In this document: in pieces, positions 40,849-49,891 of the stretch
Layout of the letters: each line of letters begins with the position of its first letter
Position numbering within the stretch: position 1 is the stretch's first letter
Source of the DNA: Candidatus Hydrogenedentota bacterium
GTDB taxonomy: Bacteria > Hydrogenedentota > Hydrogenedentia > Hydrogenedentales > SLHB01
Assembly: GCA_963745075.1 (NCBI GenBank)
Contig: CAVUWV010000019.1
Coordinates: 1 to 64,000, forward strand
Length of the DNA: 64,000 bases
Direction: 5' to 3'
The notes under the pieces: generated by a model
The model's database searches: none
What the model was told of the DNA's origin: nothing
The model's input: the letters and a program-made list of their open reading frames with translations, nothing else
Made by a program: the position numbers and the translations under genes

Positions 40849-40980
40849 GGGAGTTCCTTTTAATGCTCGCACCGGCAATGACCGGTTTCAGGTTAATTTC
40901 AATGGTTCTAACACATCGGTCCGGTGAAGGCCAAGCGAGGGGCAATCCCTTTTCGACGATGGCGATTGGAGAGACGCACC

Positions 40981-41478
40981 GTGGATGAAGGTAAATCGGC
41001 GCTTTTGGGGTTGTTGATTCTGGGAGCGTGCATCGCGTTTATGTGGTCGCGCGGGTATCGCATGCGCCGGACGTGGAAGCGCGGCATCGACGCCCTGGAG
41101 GCGGGGGATCTGGCCGTTGCGGAAAAGTCGTTACAGTCGTGCGTCAAGCAATCTCCTTCATTCGTACCGGCGCGGCGGTTGCTGGGCAGAACCCTCGTTG
41201 CGCTTCAACGGTTCGACGAAGCGGAAGCACAGTTGCGTCTCGCGTCCCAGTTTGAACCCCGAAATGCGGAAGGCCATCTCGAGCTGGCCATGTTTCTGGC
41301 CAACTGTCCGCCGGTCCGTCCGGACGAGGCCGTCAAGAGCCTGTCCACGGCCCTGGAGTTTGCGCCGGCAATACGCGCGACCCTGGGACACCGGCCGGAG
41401 TTTGCCCGCCTTCGCGACGATCCCCAGTTTCAAGCGCTACTGCACGCCTCCGCTGAAAGCGATTCGGGAGCCGGTTAG
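40981..41478 (+). CDS. Membrane-anchored TPR protein
   Basis: GTG after GGAGAG; TM helix; TPR helices LGRTLVALQRFDEA, P.NAEGHLELA; C-terminal F..LR.DP.F..L. Confidence 0.78.
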   Translation: MDEGKSALLGLLILGACIAFMWSRGYRMRRTWKRGIDALEAGDLAVAEKSLQSCVKQSPSFVPARRLLGRTLVALQRFDEAEAQLRLASQFEPRNAEGHLELAMFLANCPPVRPDEAVKSLSTALEFAPAIRATLGHRPEFARLRDDPQFQALLHASAESDSGAG

Positions 41479-41499
41479 CCCGCACCAAGAACGCGTCGC

Positions 41500-42456
41500 T
41501 CACGCGTGGGGGTGGGCGTCCCGGTAGACTTGTTTCAGACGGTCGATGCTGACGTGGGTGTAGATCTGCGTACTGGAGAGGCTCTCGTGTCCCAGCAGCT
41601 CTTGAACGACGCGAAGATCTGCGCCCGCATTGAGCATGTGCGTGGCGAAGGTGTGACGCAACGTGTGAGGGGAAATGGCGCGGCGTCCGGGCAAGGCTTG
41701 GCGCACATACTGTTCAACGACGCGCTGGACGCTGCGGGTCGTGAGCGGACCACCCCGGAAATTCACGAATAACCGTTCATGTTTGGGATTGCCCAGAGAA
41801 CCCCTCACATGAAGATAGGCGAGCAATGCCTCCGTGGCGTAGCTCCCGAGGTAGGCGATTCGTTCTTTGCGTCGTTTGCCCAAGACCACCATGGTGCCGC
41901 CGACGAGATCGAGGGAACGCAATACCAGGCCTGCCAGTTCCGCCGCGCGAATGCCACTCGAATACAAGGTCTCCAGGATCGCGCGATCGCGGATCCCGAG
42001 CGGCTCGGACGTGTCCGGCGCGTCGAGCAGCGCGGTGACTTCCGGAATGCTGAGGACGTCGGGCAGATCGCGGGCAAGTTTCGGTGATTTGACGGTCTGC
42101 GCGGGATTGGTTTCCAGCTCCCCGATGCGGACGTAGAATTTGTACGCGGCACGGATGGCGGCGAGTTTTCGCGCGGACGTTTTTGGCGTGCCGCCGCCCG
42201 TCTGCACGTGAGCCAGGAACGCGCGAATGTCGTTCCGCCCCGCCCGGCGCAGGGCGTCGACGGAAGCCGGCGGTCGGTCGCCCGGCTCGCGGGATAGGGA
42301 GTCGGGGCCATGGTCCACATAATCGCAGAACTGGGCAAGATCCAGGAGATACGCACGCAACGTATGCGCGGAGAACGCGCGTTCCGTTTCCAGATAATCG
42401 ATGAATTGCTGCACGTACCGTCCGTTCCGTTCGTCAAGCACACCACAAAGTTTCAT
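41500..42456 (-). CDS. xerC: Tyrosine recombinase XerC
   Basis: SAHTLRAY..DL, RDRAILETLYSSGIR..EL, GKRRKER, SPHTLRHTFATHML..GADLRVVQELLGH..LSSTQIYTH; topA-xerC-hslV context. Confidence 0.9.
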   Translation of the reverse strand: MKLCGVLDERNGRYVQQFIDYLETERAFSAHTLRAYLLDLAQFCDYVDHGPDSLSREPGDRPPASVDALRRAGRNDIRAFLAHVQTGGGTPKTSARKLAAIRAAYKFYVRIGELETNPAQTVKSPKLARDLPDVLSIPEVTALLDAPDTSEPLGIRDRAILETLYSSGIRAAELAGLVLRSLDLVGGTMVVLGKRRKERIAYLGSYATEALLAYLHVRGSLGNPKHERLFVNFRGGPLTTRSVQRVVEQYVRQALPGRRAISPHTLRHTFATHMLNAGADLRVVQELLGHESLSSTQIYTHVSIDRLKQVYRDAHPHA

Positions 42457-42528
42457 AGAGAGTGTGTCGGTGCGGGACGATGAAAGCAAGCGGAACGGCG
42501 CGGCACGGCCGGAAGGACCGACGCGATC

Positions 42529-45177
42529 TTACTTCGATCTCGGCTTCCGCTTCGCTTTCGGCTTGGCTTTGCGCTTGGCCGGTTTCTTAGCGGCGTTGGC
42601 GAGGAGCTCTTTTGCCTGCTCCAGCGTGACCGCCGCGGGATCGACATCCTTCGGCAGGGAGGCGTTAACCTTGCCATTGGTGACGAAGGGACCGTACCGG
42701 CCTTCGCAGACTTCGATGGTTTTCTTCGTCTCTTCGTCCTCACCCAGGGTTGCGATGACCTTCTTCGTGGCGCGACGACTCTTTTTGGGTTGAGCAAGGA
42801 GTTCCAGGGCCCGTTCAAAGGTGATGGTATAGACGTCGTCGTCGGTTTCGAGACTCCGGAACTCGTCGCCCCACTTCACAAAAGGTCCAAACCGGCCGAT
42901 GGCAGCCGTGACGATTTCACCGTTCTCGGGATGGGCTCCGAGTTCACGCGGAAGTGAAAGGAGTTTTACTGCCAGCGCGGGATCGACATTGTGCAGGTCT
43001 GTTCCTTTCGGCAGACTCGCGCGCTTGGGTTTCTTGTTCTTGTCGGTCTTTTCGCCCAACTGCACGTAGGGGCCGTACGGTCCAAGCAGGGCGAAGATCG
43101 GTTCATTTGTTTCGGGGTGATAGCCGATGGCTTCGTTGCTCTTTTCTTTGTGCTTGAGCAGTTCGAGCGCTTTGTCCACCGTCAACTCTTCATACGTGAT
43201 GTCCAGGGGAATGGTGACCGTGTTGTCCGGCCCGCCTTCGCCGCGCTGAATGAACGGCGACGTGCGACCGACGCGAACGACGATAGGCTGTTTGCTGTCC
43301 GGGTCTTCGCCCACGGGAATCGTGGGGTACTCCATCTCCGGGAGCTCGCGTTCGATCTGCGGCACCAATCCGTGGCCGAACTGGCCTTCTCCGCGATAAA
43401 AGGCGGCCAGAAAGTCTACCCAGTTCTGTTTCCCGTTGGAGATGTCGTCAAGGGCATCTTCCATGCGGGCGGTGAAACCCAGGTCGACGTACTCCTCGAA
43501 ATGCTGTCGCAAAAGTTTGATGACGGCGATCGCGAGGAAGGTCGGTAGCAGTGCTTTGCCGCGACGTTCCACGTACCCCCGGTTCTGAATGGTCGACACC
43601 GTCGGGGCGTACGTGGACGGGCGGCCGATCCCTTCTTCTTCGAGCCGTTGGATCAGGGATGCTTCGGTGAACCGCGCGGGAGGCTGGGTCCGGTGCGCGT
43701 TGGCTTCAATATCCACGAGACTGAGGCCGCCGTTCGCGGCTGTTCCGGCTGAAACCTGCTGACCTTCCTCGAGATGGGGTAGTTCCGTGTCACGCTGCGC
43801 CGTGTCCGCCACGCGCAAGTAGCCCGGGAACGCCACCACCGAACCGTTGGCGCGTAGAGTGGCGGACTTGCCGTCGGCGGTGGCCGCAAAGTCGACGGTG
43901 GTCTTTAAGAGGACCGCATCCGCCATCTGAGAGGCAATCGTCCGGTTCCAAATGAGTTTGTACAGGGCAAGCTGGTCGCCGTCCAGGTACCGCGCCATCT
44001 GTTCCGGCGTGCGATCCAAATGGGTGGGGCGGATGGCTTCATGAGCTTCCTGGGCGTTCTTGGACTTCGTCGTGTAGCGCCGCGGTCCCCGGTAATAGTC
44101 TTCGCCAAACGACGATTTGACGACGTGGCCGGCTTCCGCCAGCGCTTTCTCGCTGAGCGTCAGCGAGTCGGTACGCATGTAGGTGATTACACCTTCGCGT
44201 TCGCCGCCGCCGAGATCCACCCCTTCGTACAAGCTTTGCGCGACCTGCATGGTTTTGCGCGGCGAGAGGTTAAGGTTCGAACTGGCCGCCTGTTGCAGGG
44301 TGGACGTGATAAACGGGGGCGCGGGGCGCTGCGTAGTCTTCTTCTGCTCGACCCGGACGACCCGCCATGGAAGTCCGGCCCGCAGTGACCCGGACAGCGC
44401 GTTGGCGTCCGACTCCAGGAGGTGGACGACCTCGGCGCGGGTCTTCGCGTCGTCTTTCAATTCGCCGGTCGCCGCGTCGAAATCCTTGCCCGTCGCGGGC
44501 CGGCGCCCGTCCAGTTCGACGAGTGCGGCGCTGAACACGATACCGCTCGCGGCGAGCTGGGCTTCCACACTCCAGTAGCCCGCGATGCGGAAGGCCTTCC
44601 GCTCCTCTTCCCGTTCGACGATCAGACGGACTGCGACGCTCTGGACGCGGCCGGCACTGAGTTTTGGCGCGACTTTTTTCCAGAGCACCGGCGAGAGTTC
44701 GTACCCGAAAAGGCGGTCGAGGACCCGGCGGCTTTCCTGGGCTCGCACGAGGTCGTCGTTCACGGAGCGCGGGCTGGAAAGGGCTTCATCGATTGCGGAC
44801 TGGGTGATTTCGTGAAAGGCGATTCGCTTTACCGGGATCTTGGGCTTGAGCGTTTCCAGGAGATGCCAACTGATGGATTCCCCTTCCCGGTCCTCATCGG
44901 TGGCGAGTACGAGTTCGTCGGCTTCCTTGAGCGCTTTCTTCAGTTCGGCGATGCGAGGTTTGCTCTCTTTGGAGACCACATAGACGGGGGTAAACCCATT
45001 CTCCGTATCGACCGCGAGACGCGCCCAGGGCTTGGACTTGATCGCCGCCGGAATCTCGGCTGCGGAACCCGGGAGATCGCGAATATGACCGTAACTGGCC
45101 ATGACCTTGTAGTCCTTGCCGAGAAAGCGGCCGATGGTCTTCGCTTTAGCCGGAGACTCTACAATAACGAGTTTCAA
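42529..45177 (-). CDS. topA: DNA topoisomerase I with Topo_C repeats and Lys-rich tail
   Basis: LVIVESPAKAKTI, SYGHIRDL, ATDEDREGE, SAGRVQS, ITYMRTDS, QEAHEAIRPT, GIGRPSTY, G(R/P)(Y/F)GP(F/Y)V repeats. Confidence 0.97.
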   Translation of the reverse strand: MKLVIVESPAKAKTIGRFLGKDYKVMASYGHIRDLPGSAAEIPAAIKSKPWARLAVDTENGFTPVYVVSKESKPRIAELKKALKEADELVLATDEDREGESISWHLLETLKPKIPVKRIAFHEITQSAIDEALSSPRSVNDDLVRAQESRRVLDRLFGYELSPVLWKKVAPKLSAGRVQSVAVRLIVEREEERKAFRIAGYWSVEAQLAASGIVFSAALVELDGRRPATGKDFDAATGELKDDAKTRAEVVHLLESDANALSGSLRAGLPWRVVRVEQKKTTQRPAPPFITSTLQQAASSNLNLSPRKTMQVAQSLYEGVDLGGGEREGVITYMRTDSLTLSEKALAEAGHVVKSSFGEDYYRGPRRYTTKSKNAQEAHEAIRPTHLDRTPEQMARYLDGDQLALYKLIWNRTIASQMADAVLLKTTVDFAATADGKSATLRANGSVVAFPGYLRVADTAQRDTELPHLEEGQQVSAGTAANGGLSLVDIEANAHRTQPPARFTEASLIQRLEEEGIGRPSTYAPTVSTIQNRGYVERRGKALLPTFLAIAVIKLLRQHFEEYVDLGFTARMEDALDDISNGKQNWVDFLAAFYRGEGQFGHGLVPQIERELPEMEYPTIPVGEDPDSKQPIVVRVGRTSPFIQRGEGGPDNTVTIPLDITYEELTVDKALELLKHKEKSNEAIGYHPETNEPIFALLGPYGPYVQLGEKTDKNKKPKRASLPKGTDLHNVDPALAVKLLSLPRELGAHPENGEIVTAAIGRFGPFVKWGDEFRSLETDDDVYTITFERALELLAQPKKSRRATKKVIATLGEDEETKKTIEVCEGRYGPFVTNGKVNASLPKDVDPAAVTLEQAKELLANAAKKPAKRKAKPKAKRKPRSK

Positions 45178-45438
45178 AACGTGTTTTCCTATCCCACGGG
45201 TTGCTTAGCGACGGGCTTCGCCATTCGCATCCTGCAGCAAGTTGGTGTGTAATCCACGACGGCGACGTGACGGGGCCTTGACAGGGACCCCACACCGGTC
45301 TCCGCCGTAGAACGGAGAGACTATACCCTGTGCCCACAGATTCTGGCAATCCCTGCCCAAGGGAACCGGGCAAGAAAGTAACGGACGCCTTACCCCCCTT
45401 TTTTGGGACAGGCGTCCAGGGTGAACTCAACAAATGGG

Positions 45439-45897
45439 TTAGTGGAAGACTTCCCGTTCGCCCTCCATGACGCCATAGATGGTTTGTTGTGACTCGAAAT
45501 CGCGCCCGCCACAGACCAACCACGAGATCAGGTAATCCAATTCGTCCAGCCCGATTTCACCGTCGAAATGGTTCAAGTGGTCCAAGAGCATTTCCCGTTC
45601 GGTCGGGTCGATCAACCCATACAACTCGAGGCGAACCAAAGCGTCCCTCGCGGCAGAAGAGAGCTTATATTCCTCCAACAGCGAAAGGAGCCGTACCGAA
45701 CGTGGAGATGCATCAAGGACTTGTGGGCCCTTCGTAATCCGGCGACCCACCAGTTTGATGACTGCATCGATGTCTCGCTTCTTATAGCCTTGACCGGCCA
45801 ACCAGGAGCGAATCCCACTTTCCGTGGGAAGCGCGTCGGGCTGTTCTTCGATATGCTTTAAGATGACGTCAACAAGCTTCGTCAGTGATTGCTTCAT
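45439..45897 (-). CDS. smg: Smg/DUF494 family protein
   Basis: L...GY....I, VRLLS..E..KLS..AR..L.RL...GLI...REML; upstream of topA. Confidence 0.75.
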   Translation of the reverse strand: MKQSLTKLVDVILKHIEEQPDALPTESGIRSWLAGQGYKKRDIDAVIKLVGRRITKGPQVLDASPRSVRLLSLLEEYKLSSAARDALVRLELYGLIDPTEREMLLDHLNHFDGEIGLDELDYLISWLVCGGRDFESQQTIYGVMEGEREVFH

Positions 45898-46222
45898 CCA
45901 CGGCTCCCGTGACAGTTACTCCGGGGCACGAATCGTACTGCTTCCTACCCGCCTGTATTTTAGGGGGCTGAGAATAGCGTGTCAACCGGATTCGGCGGTT
46001 CCTTGCCCGTGGAGCGGGACGCGAGACCGGCTGGGGCGGAGAAACCGGCTTAAACCTGACTGTGTGTGTAATCATTATTGCGATCCTAACCTATTGACAG
46101 ATTCTGCATTGCTCGATATTCTAAAAGGGTGCAGGGCGGGGAATAAGGCCTGGTGGTAGATTTGAAGTGGTATGTTGCCCCGGTATCCGGGGCGGAGCTG
46201 AAGTGGGAGAGAGGGTAGCGTA

Positions 46223-46450
46223 GTGTCAGACGGAGTAACTCAAGCAAGTTTGCGCGGCAAGGTGAAGTGGTTTAACGATCAGAAAGGGTATGGGTTCATT
46301 ACTCGCGACGACAGCCCGGATGTGTTCGTGCATCATTCCGCAATCCAGATGGACGGATTCCGCACCCTTCGTGAAGGGGAGGAGGTCCAGTTCGAATTGC
46401 TGGAGAGTCCGAAAGGATTGCAGGCCGTCAACGTGATGCGTGCCGATTAG
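46223..46450 (+). CDS. Cold-shock domain protein
   Basis: [40 protein letters not shown]. Confidence 0.95.
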   Translation: MSDGVTQASLRGKVKWFNDQKGYGFITRDDSPDVFVHHSAIQMDGFRTLREGEEVQFELLESPKGLQAVNVMRAD

Positions 46451-46626
46451 TCCGCATTTCTGATACGCGCAGATCGATGAGCTGCCACAACGAGGTGGGA
46501 AATGGCGCGTAGCTGCCATTGAACTTTTCGTTGCGGGTGCATAGGGTTGTGGCTGGAGCGCGCAGCGTATGGGTTGCGCGTGCACAACGCGAGAGAGTTG
46601 TCGTGTCCAGCCAAGCAGCAAGGTAT

Positions 46627-49140
46627 GTGTTTTCCCGAATCCTGTGTACGGCAGTGCTGTGTCTTGTTTTGCCGGGAAAGGCCGACGTACCGCTCCCTCC
46701 CGATTTGCCGGCCGTGGTGTTGTGGACATCTGTCGACTTTTGCCCGGCGGAGGACGAAGCGAGAGCTTGGCGCGCCCGGGGCATCACGGGGGCCACGCTG
46801 ACGGGCACCGCCGATGCGATTCGTACGTCCGCTTCCGTTCTCATCGCGGCAGGGGTTGCGCACAATTTTGTTCGATTTGATCCAGGTGCCGTAGTCACGT
46901 TCGGCGGCGACGGGGCGCGGCCGACAGCGATCGAGAAGGTACGAACCTCCGCGGAAACGGCCCATTCTATGGGAATGGCCGGTGTCGTGTTCGACCTGAC
47001 GGACTTGGCGCGGGCCAAAAAGCCGGGAATCGGCAGTGACATGAGCCCCATCGAACTCGAAGGGGTGCGGACATGGGGCCGTCTCCTCGCCGAGGCGGTT
47101 CTCGACGCAATGCCGAAGGGAACGGTCCTTGTCCTGATTCCTCCACCGGGGCAAGCGTCTTCCGCGATAATCAGCGCGTTGCTCGGTATGTGCGACGAAA
47201 TTGCGGCGCATAGGGGTTTCACTATTCATCTCATCGTGCCCGGCGATGCCACGCCCGACGAAGTCCGTGGACGAATAACAAAATACCGGCGCCTGCTCAA
47301 CGTGCGCGGTGCCGGTGAAGTCTCGGAAATGTCGCTCGTTTTCGATTTATCGCTTGGGCTATCGCGTCCCAAAGCTGCGTTGGACGACGAGACAAAGCGC
47401 GAGCGCATTATCGAGGCGAATATCGGCGCGGAATCCTATGTCTTCCTTTCTCCCGATTCGGTCCCGGCGCGCGCAAACGATACGCCAAAGTTGAGAGATT
47501 CGTGCGTTGCTCCGCTTGCGAATTTGGTGCGGGCGGGCGTTGCGCAGGCCGGAGGGAACCGCGCCGAGGTTCTGTGCGGTAAGGACGGCGCGGCGCTGGC
47601 CTTTTTGTCCGGTACACGGGAATCCTTCCAACTCATGGAACGTGCGCTGCCGGTCCGGGTAATTGACCTCCGAACGTTCAAATCCCAAACGATTTCGCCG
47701 AACGACGGCGCCCTTGAACTGGGGCCGTTCGCGGGCCCTATGCTGGTGGACCGGTTACAGGTCAGTAACTGGGTCGTGCCGTCGAGTCTATGGTTGGAGC
47801 GGGGTACGGTACCGCCGGGCCCGGTCCATTCCATTCCGGTTGCATTTGGTTGGGCCAACCGAACGGCGCTTCGATTCACGGGCACTTTGGAGACGGTGGT
47901 CCCCAAGGGATTTTCGTTGTTGCCCCGCACACAGGTGATTGATCTCGAACCGGGCGAATCTGTGGTGATAGACGGCACCTTGCAAGGACGTGCAACGCGC
48001 GGTACGCAGGTGGACATACGCCTGGTGCTTACCAGTCCGGGTGGCGCGCCGGCAGCCGGAAACTTTGCCGTTCCCGTCCCGCCGGATCTGTTTTGGAACG
48101 TACCCACGGGGTGGTCCTGCGACACGCCGCCCGCCCTTGTCGATTTGGACGGGGACGAAAGTGCGGAAGTCGTGGCCGGCACCCGCGACGCGCTTCGCGC
48201 GTTGGATGGATCGGGACACACGCTCTGGCAAGTTCCGGTGAACGCCGGGATTACGACTCCACCGGTGGGCGCGCGCCGATGGTCCGGGCGCAATCTCGTT
48301 GCCGTAGGTTCAAGCCGCGGGGTCGAGGCATTCGGTGACGACGGGTCTACGTTGTGGTGTACGCCGGTGCCCGGCGACGTTCGCGTAATTCGCACCGGGA
48401 ATCTGACACCATTTCCGGGAGAAGAACTCGTTGTGGGTACCGGGAAAGGCGTGGTGTCCGCCCTGCTTTCGAATGGCCAAGTTCTGTGGTCCGCGCTGGT
48501 CGATGGACCGGTTTCCGATCTCGATGTGGAAGACGTGGACGGCGACGGTCGTGACGAATGCCTGGTATTGTCAGGTGGATTGACAGCGTTAGACGAGAAG
48601 GGTCACCCGATTTGGACCGCGATGGAAGGCGCGGCGCCTACGCAATGTCCGCTGTTGATTGCCGACCTGAGCGGCGACTGGAACTGGGACGTCGTGGTCG
48701 GTTTCGACGACGGCCGCGTCACCACGCTCAATGCCGGCACCGGTGAAACCGTGAACGCCGATGAAGTACCCGCTGGTCCGATTGTGGGCATCGCGTGCGG
48801 CGAACTGTTGGAGAATCCCGGCCAGGAACTCCTGGTTGCGACGGCGCGCAGTCTCTACTGCCTTTCCCAGGACCTGACCATCCTTTGGGCGAAGGCGTTC
48901 CACGTGAGCGCGGCGCCAACCGCTATCGGCGAGGGTGAAGACGCGCGAATACTTGTTCCCACCCGATTGGGCGACTTGGTTTGTCTCGATGCAAGAGGCC
49001 AGGAACGCTGGCGTGACAAACGCGCCGGTGACTCGATTCCTTTCACTCCGTCCCTCGTCTTCTCCAACTCCGGTGAAGCGGCGGTTTGCATGTACGGTTC
49101 GTTGGATGGACACCTGCGCGCGATTCAGTTGCCGGGCTAG
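46627..49140 (+). CDS. Large secreted protein with Ig-like middle region and C-terminal PQQ-like/FG-GAP beta-propeller
   Basis: GTG start with signal-like VFSRILCTAVLCLVLPGKA; DLDGDESAEVV, DVDGDGRDE, DLSGD; repeated G..LW units. Confidence 0.72.
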   Translation: MFSRILCTAVLCLVLPGKADVPLPPDLPAVVLWTSVDFCPAEDEARAWRARGITGATLTGTADAIRTSASVLIAAGVAHNFVRFDPGAVVTFGGDGARPTAIEKVRTSAETAHSMGMAGVVFDLTDLARAKKPGIGSDMSPIELEGVRTWGRLLAEAVLDAMPKGTVLVLIPPPGQASSAIISALLGMCDEIAAHRGFTIHLIVPGDATPDEVRGRITKYRRLLNVRGAGEVSEMSLVFDLSLGLSRPKAALDDETKRERIIEANIGAESYVFLSPDSVPARANDTPKLRDSCVAPLANLVRAGVAQAGGNRAEVLCGKDGAALAFLSGTRESFQLMERALPVRVIDLRTFKSQTISPNDGALELGPFAGPMLVDRLQVSNWVVPSSLWLERGTVPPGPVHSIPVAFGWANRTALRFTGTLETVVPKGFSLLPRTQVIDLEPGESVVIDGTLQGRATRGTQVDIRLVLTSPGGAPAAGNFAVPVPPDLFWNVPTGWSCDTPPALVDLDGDESAEVVAGTRDALRALDGSGHTLWQVPVNAGITTPPVGARRWSGRNLVAVGSSRGVEAFGDDGSTLWCTPVPGDVRVIRTGNLTPFPGEELVVGTGKGVVSALLSNGQVLWSALVDGPVSDLDVEDVDGDGRDECLVLSGGLTALDEKGHPIWTAMEGAAPTQCPLLIADLSGDWNWDVVVGFDDGRVTTLNAGTGETVNADEVPAGPIVGIACGELLENPGQELLVATARSLYCLSQDLTILWAKAFHVSAAPTAIGEGEDARILVPTRLGDLVCLDARGQERWRDKRAGDSIPFTPSLVFSNSGEAAVCMYGSLDGHLRAIQLPG

Positions 49141-49169
49141 TTAACAATCCAGATTGCGTGGGCAAGCGG

Positions 49170-49649
49170 CTAAGACCCGGGGATCGCAGTGGAGTCGTCC
49201 GCAATTTCGCGTGCGACCGTGCGCAAGTCACGCGCCCAGTGGATTCTCCCAGCGCAAAACGGGAAACCGCTGTCCGTACTGCAAAGTGTGAGACCGTGTT
49301 CGATAGTCAAGGCCGCGAGATGCGCATCGGATACCAGGTTGGCGTGGACATCCGACGCACTCAGTAGTTGTCCGAGCACTTCGGTGTGACGCAAGGAGGG
49401 TTGTGGATTCCAGACGGTCTTACAGGAAAGCCAATGTGCGACTTGCTGCCGGGCGCCGGGCACGGCCTCAGGCGGTTCGAAGACGCGTGGGTTTGTCATC
49501 AAGCGAACAAATGCGAGTAAGCTCTCCCACGGTAATCCGACGCGACTCTGACCATTGAGTCTACCGTCGAGCCAATCGTGAGCTGCGACATGTTGTTGAA
49601 AGGATTCGACGTGCGCGTAGAGGAGCAGATTACCGCCGACGAGAATCAC
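49170..49649 (-). pseudogene. vapC: VapC PIN-domain toxin, apparently inactivated
   Basis: ILVGGNLLLYA (first catalytic Asp is Gly), AFVRLMTNPR, NLVSDAHLAAL.IEHG...STD, then out-of-frame RFPVLRWENPL. Confidence 0.8.
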
Positions 49650-49891
49650 TTGTGGTCCTCGCCGTCGGCATAGGCGATGACTTCGGAGGCGTTGTCCACG
49701 TTAGGCAGACGGCAGCGCATAGAAACGGTATTTGTGCGAAATGGTTCCGGCTTCTTGCGAGGCGTCGCCATGGCGCGAAGCCCCAGCCGAAGCGCTTCAT
49801 TGATGAGTTGCTTCAGACTTCGGTCTCGGGTAGCCCGAAGCCGTTTCAATTCGACTGCCACATCATCGTCAAGTGTCAAAGTTGTTCTCAT
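49646..49891 (-). CDS. vapB: VapB-type ribbon-helix-helix antitoxin
   Basis: MRTTLTLDDDVA..L......SLKQLINEALR.GL; 4-nt overlap with the PIN gene. Confidence 0.85.
   Translation of the reverse strand: MRTTLTLDDDVAVELKRLRATRDRSLKQLINEALRLGLRAMATPRKKPEPFRTNTVSMRCRLPNVDNASEVIAYADGEDHK

Noticed and set aside
41500..42456. Tyrosine recombinase as prophage or integron integrase
   Set aside because: Housekeeping topA-xerC-hslV context; no att sites, cassettes or phage genes nearby
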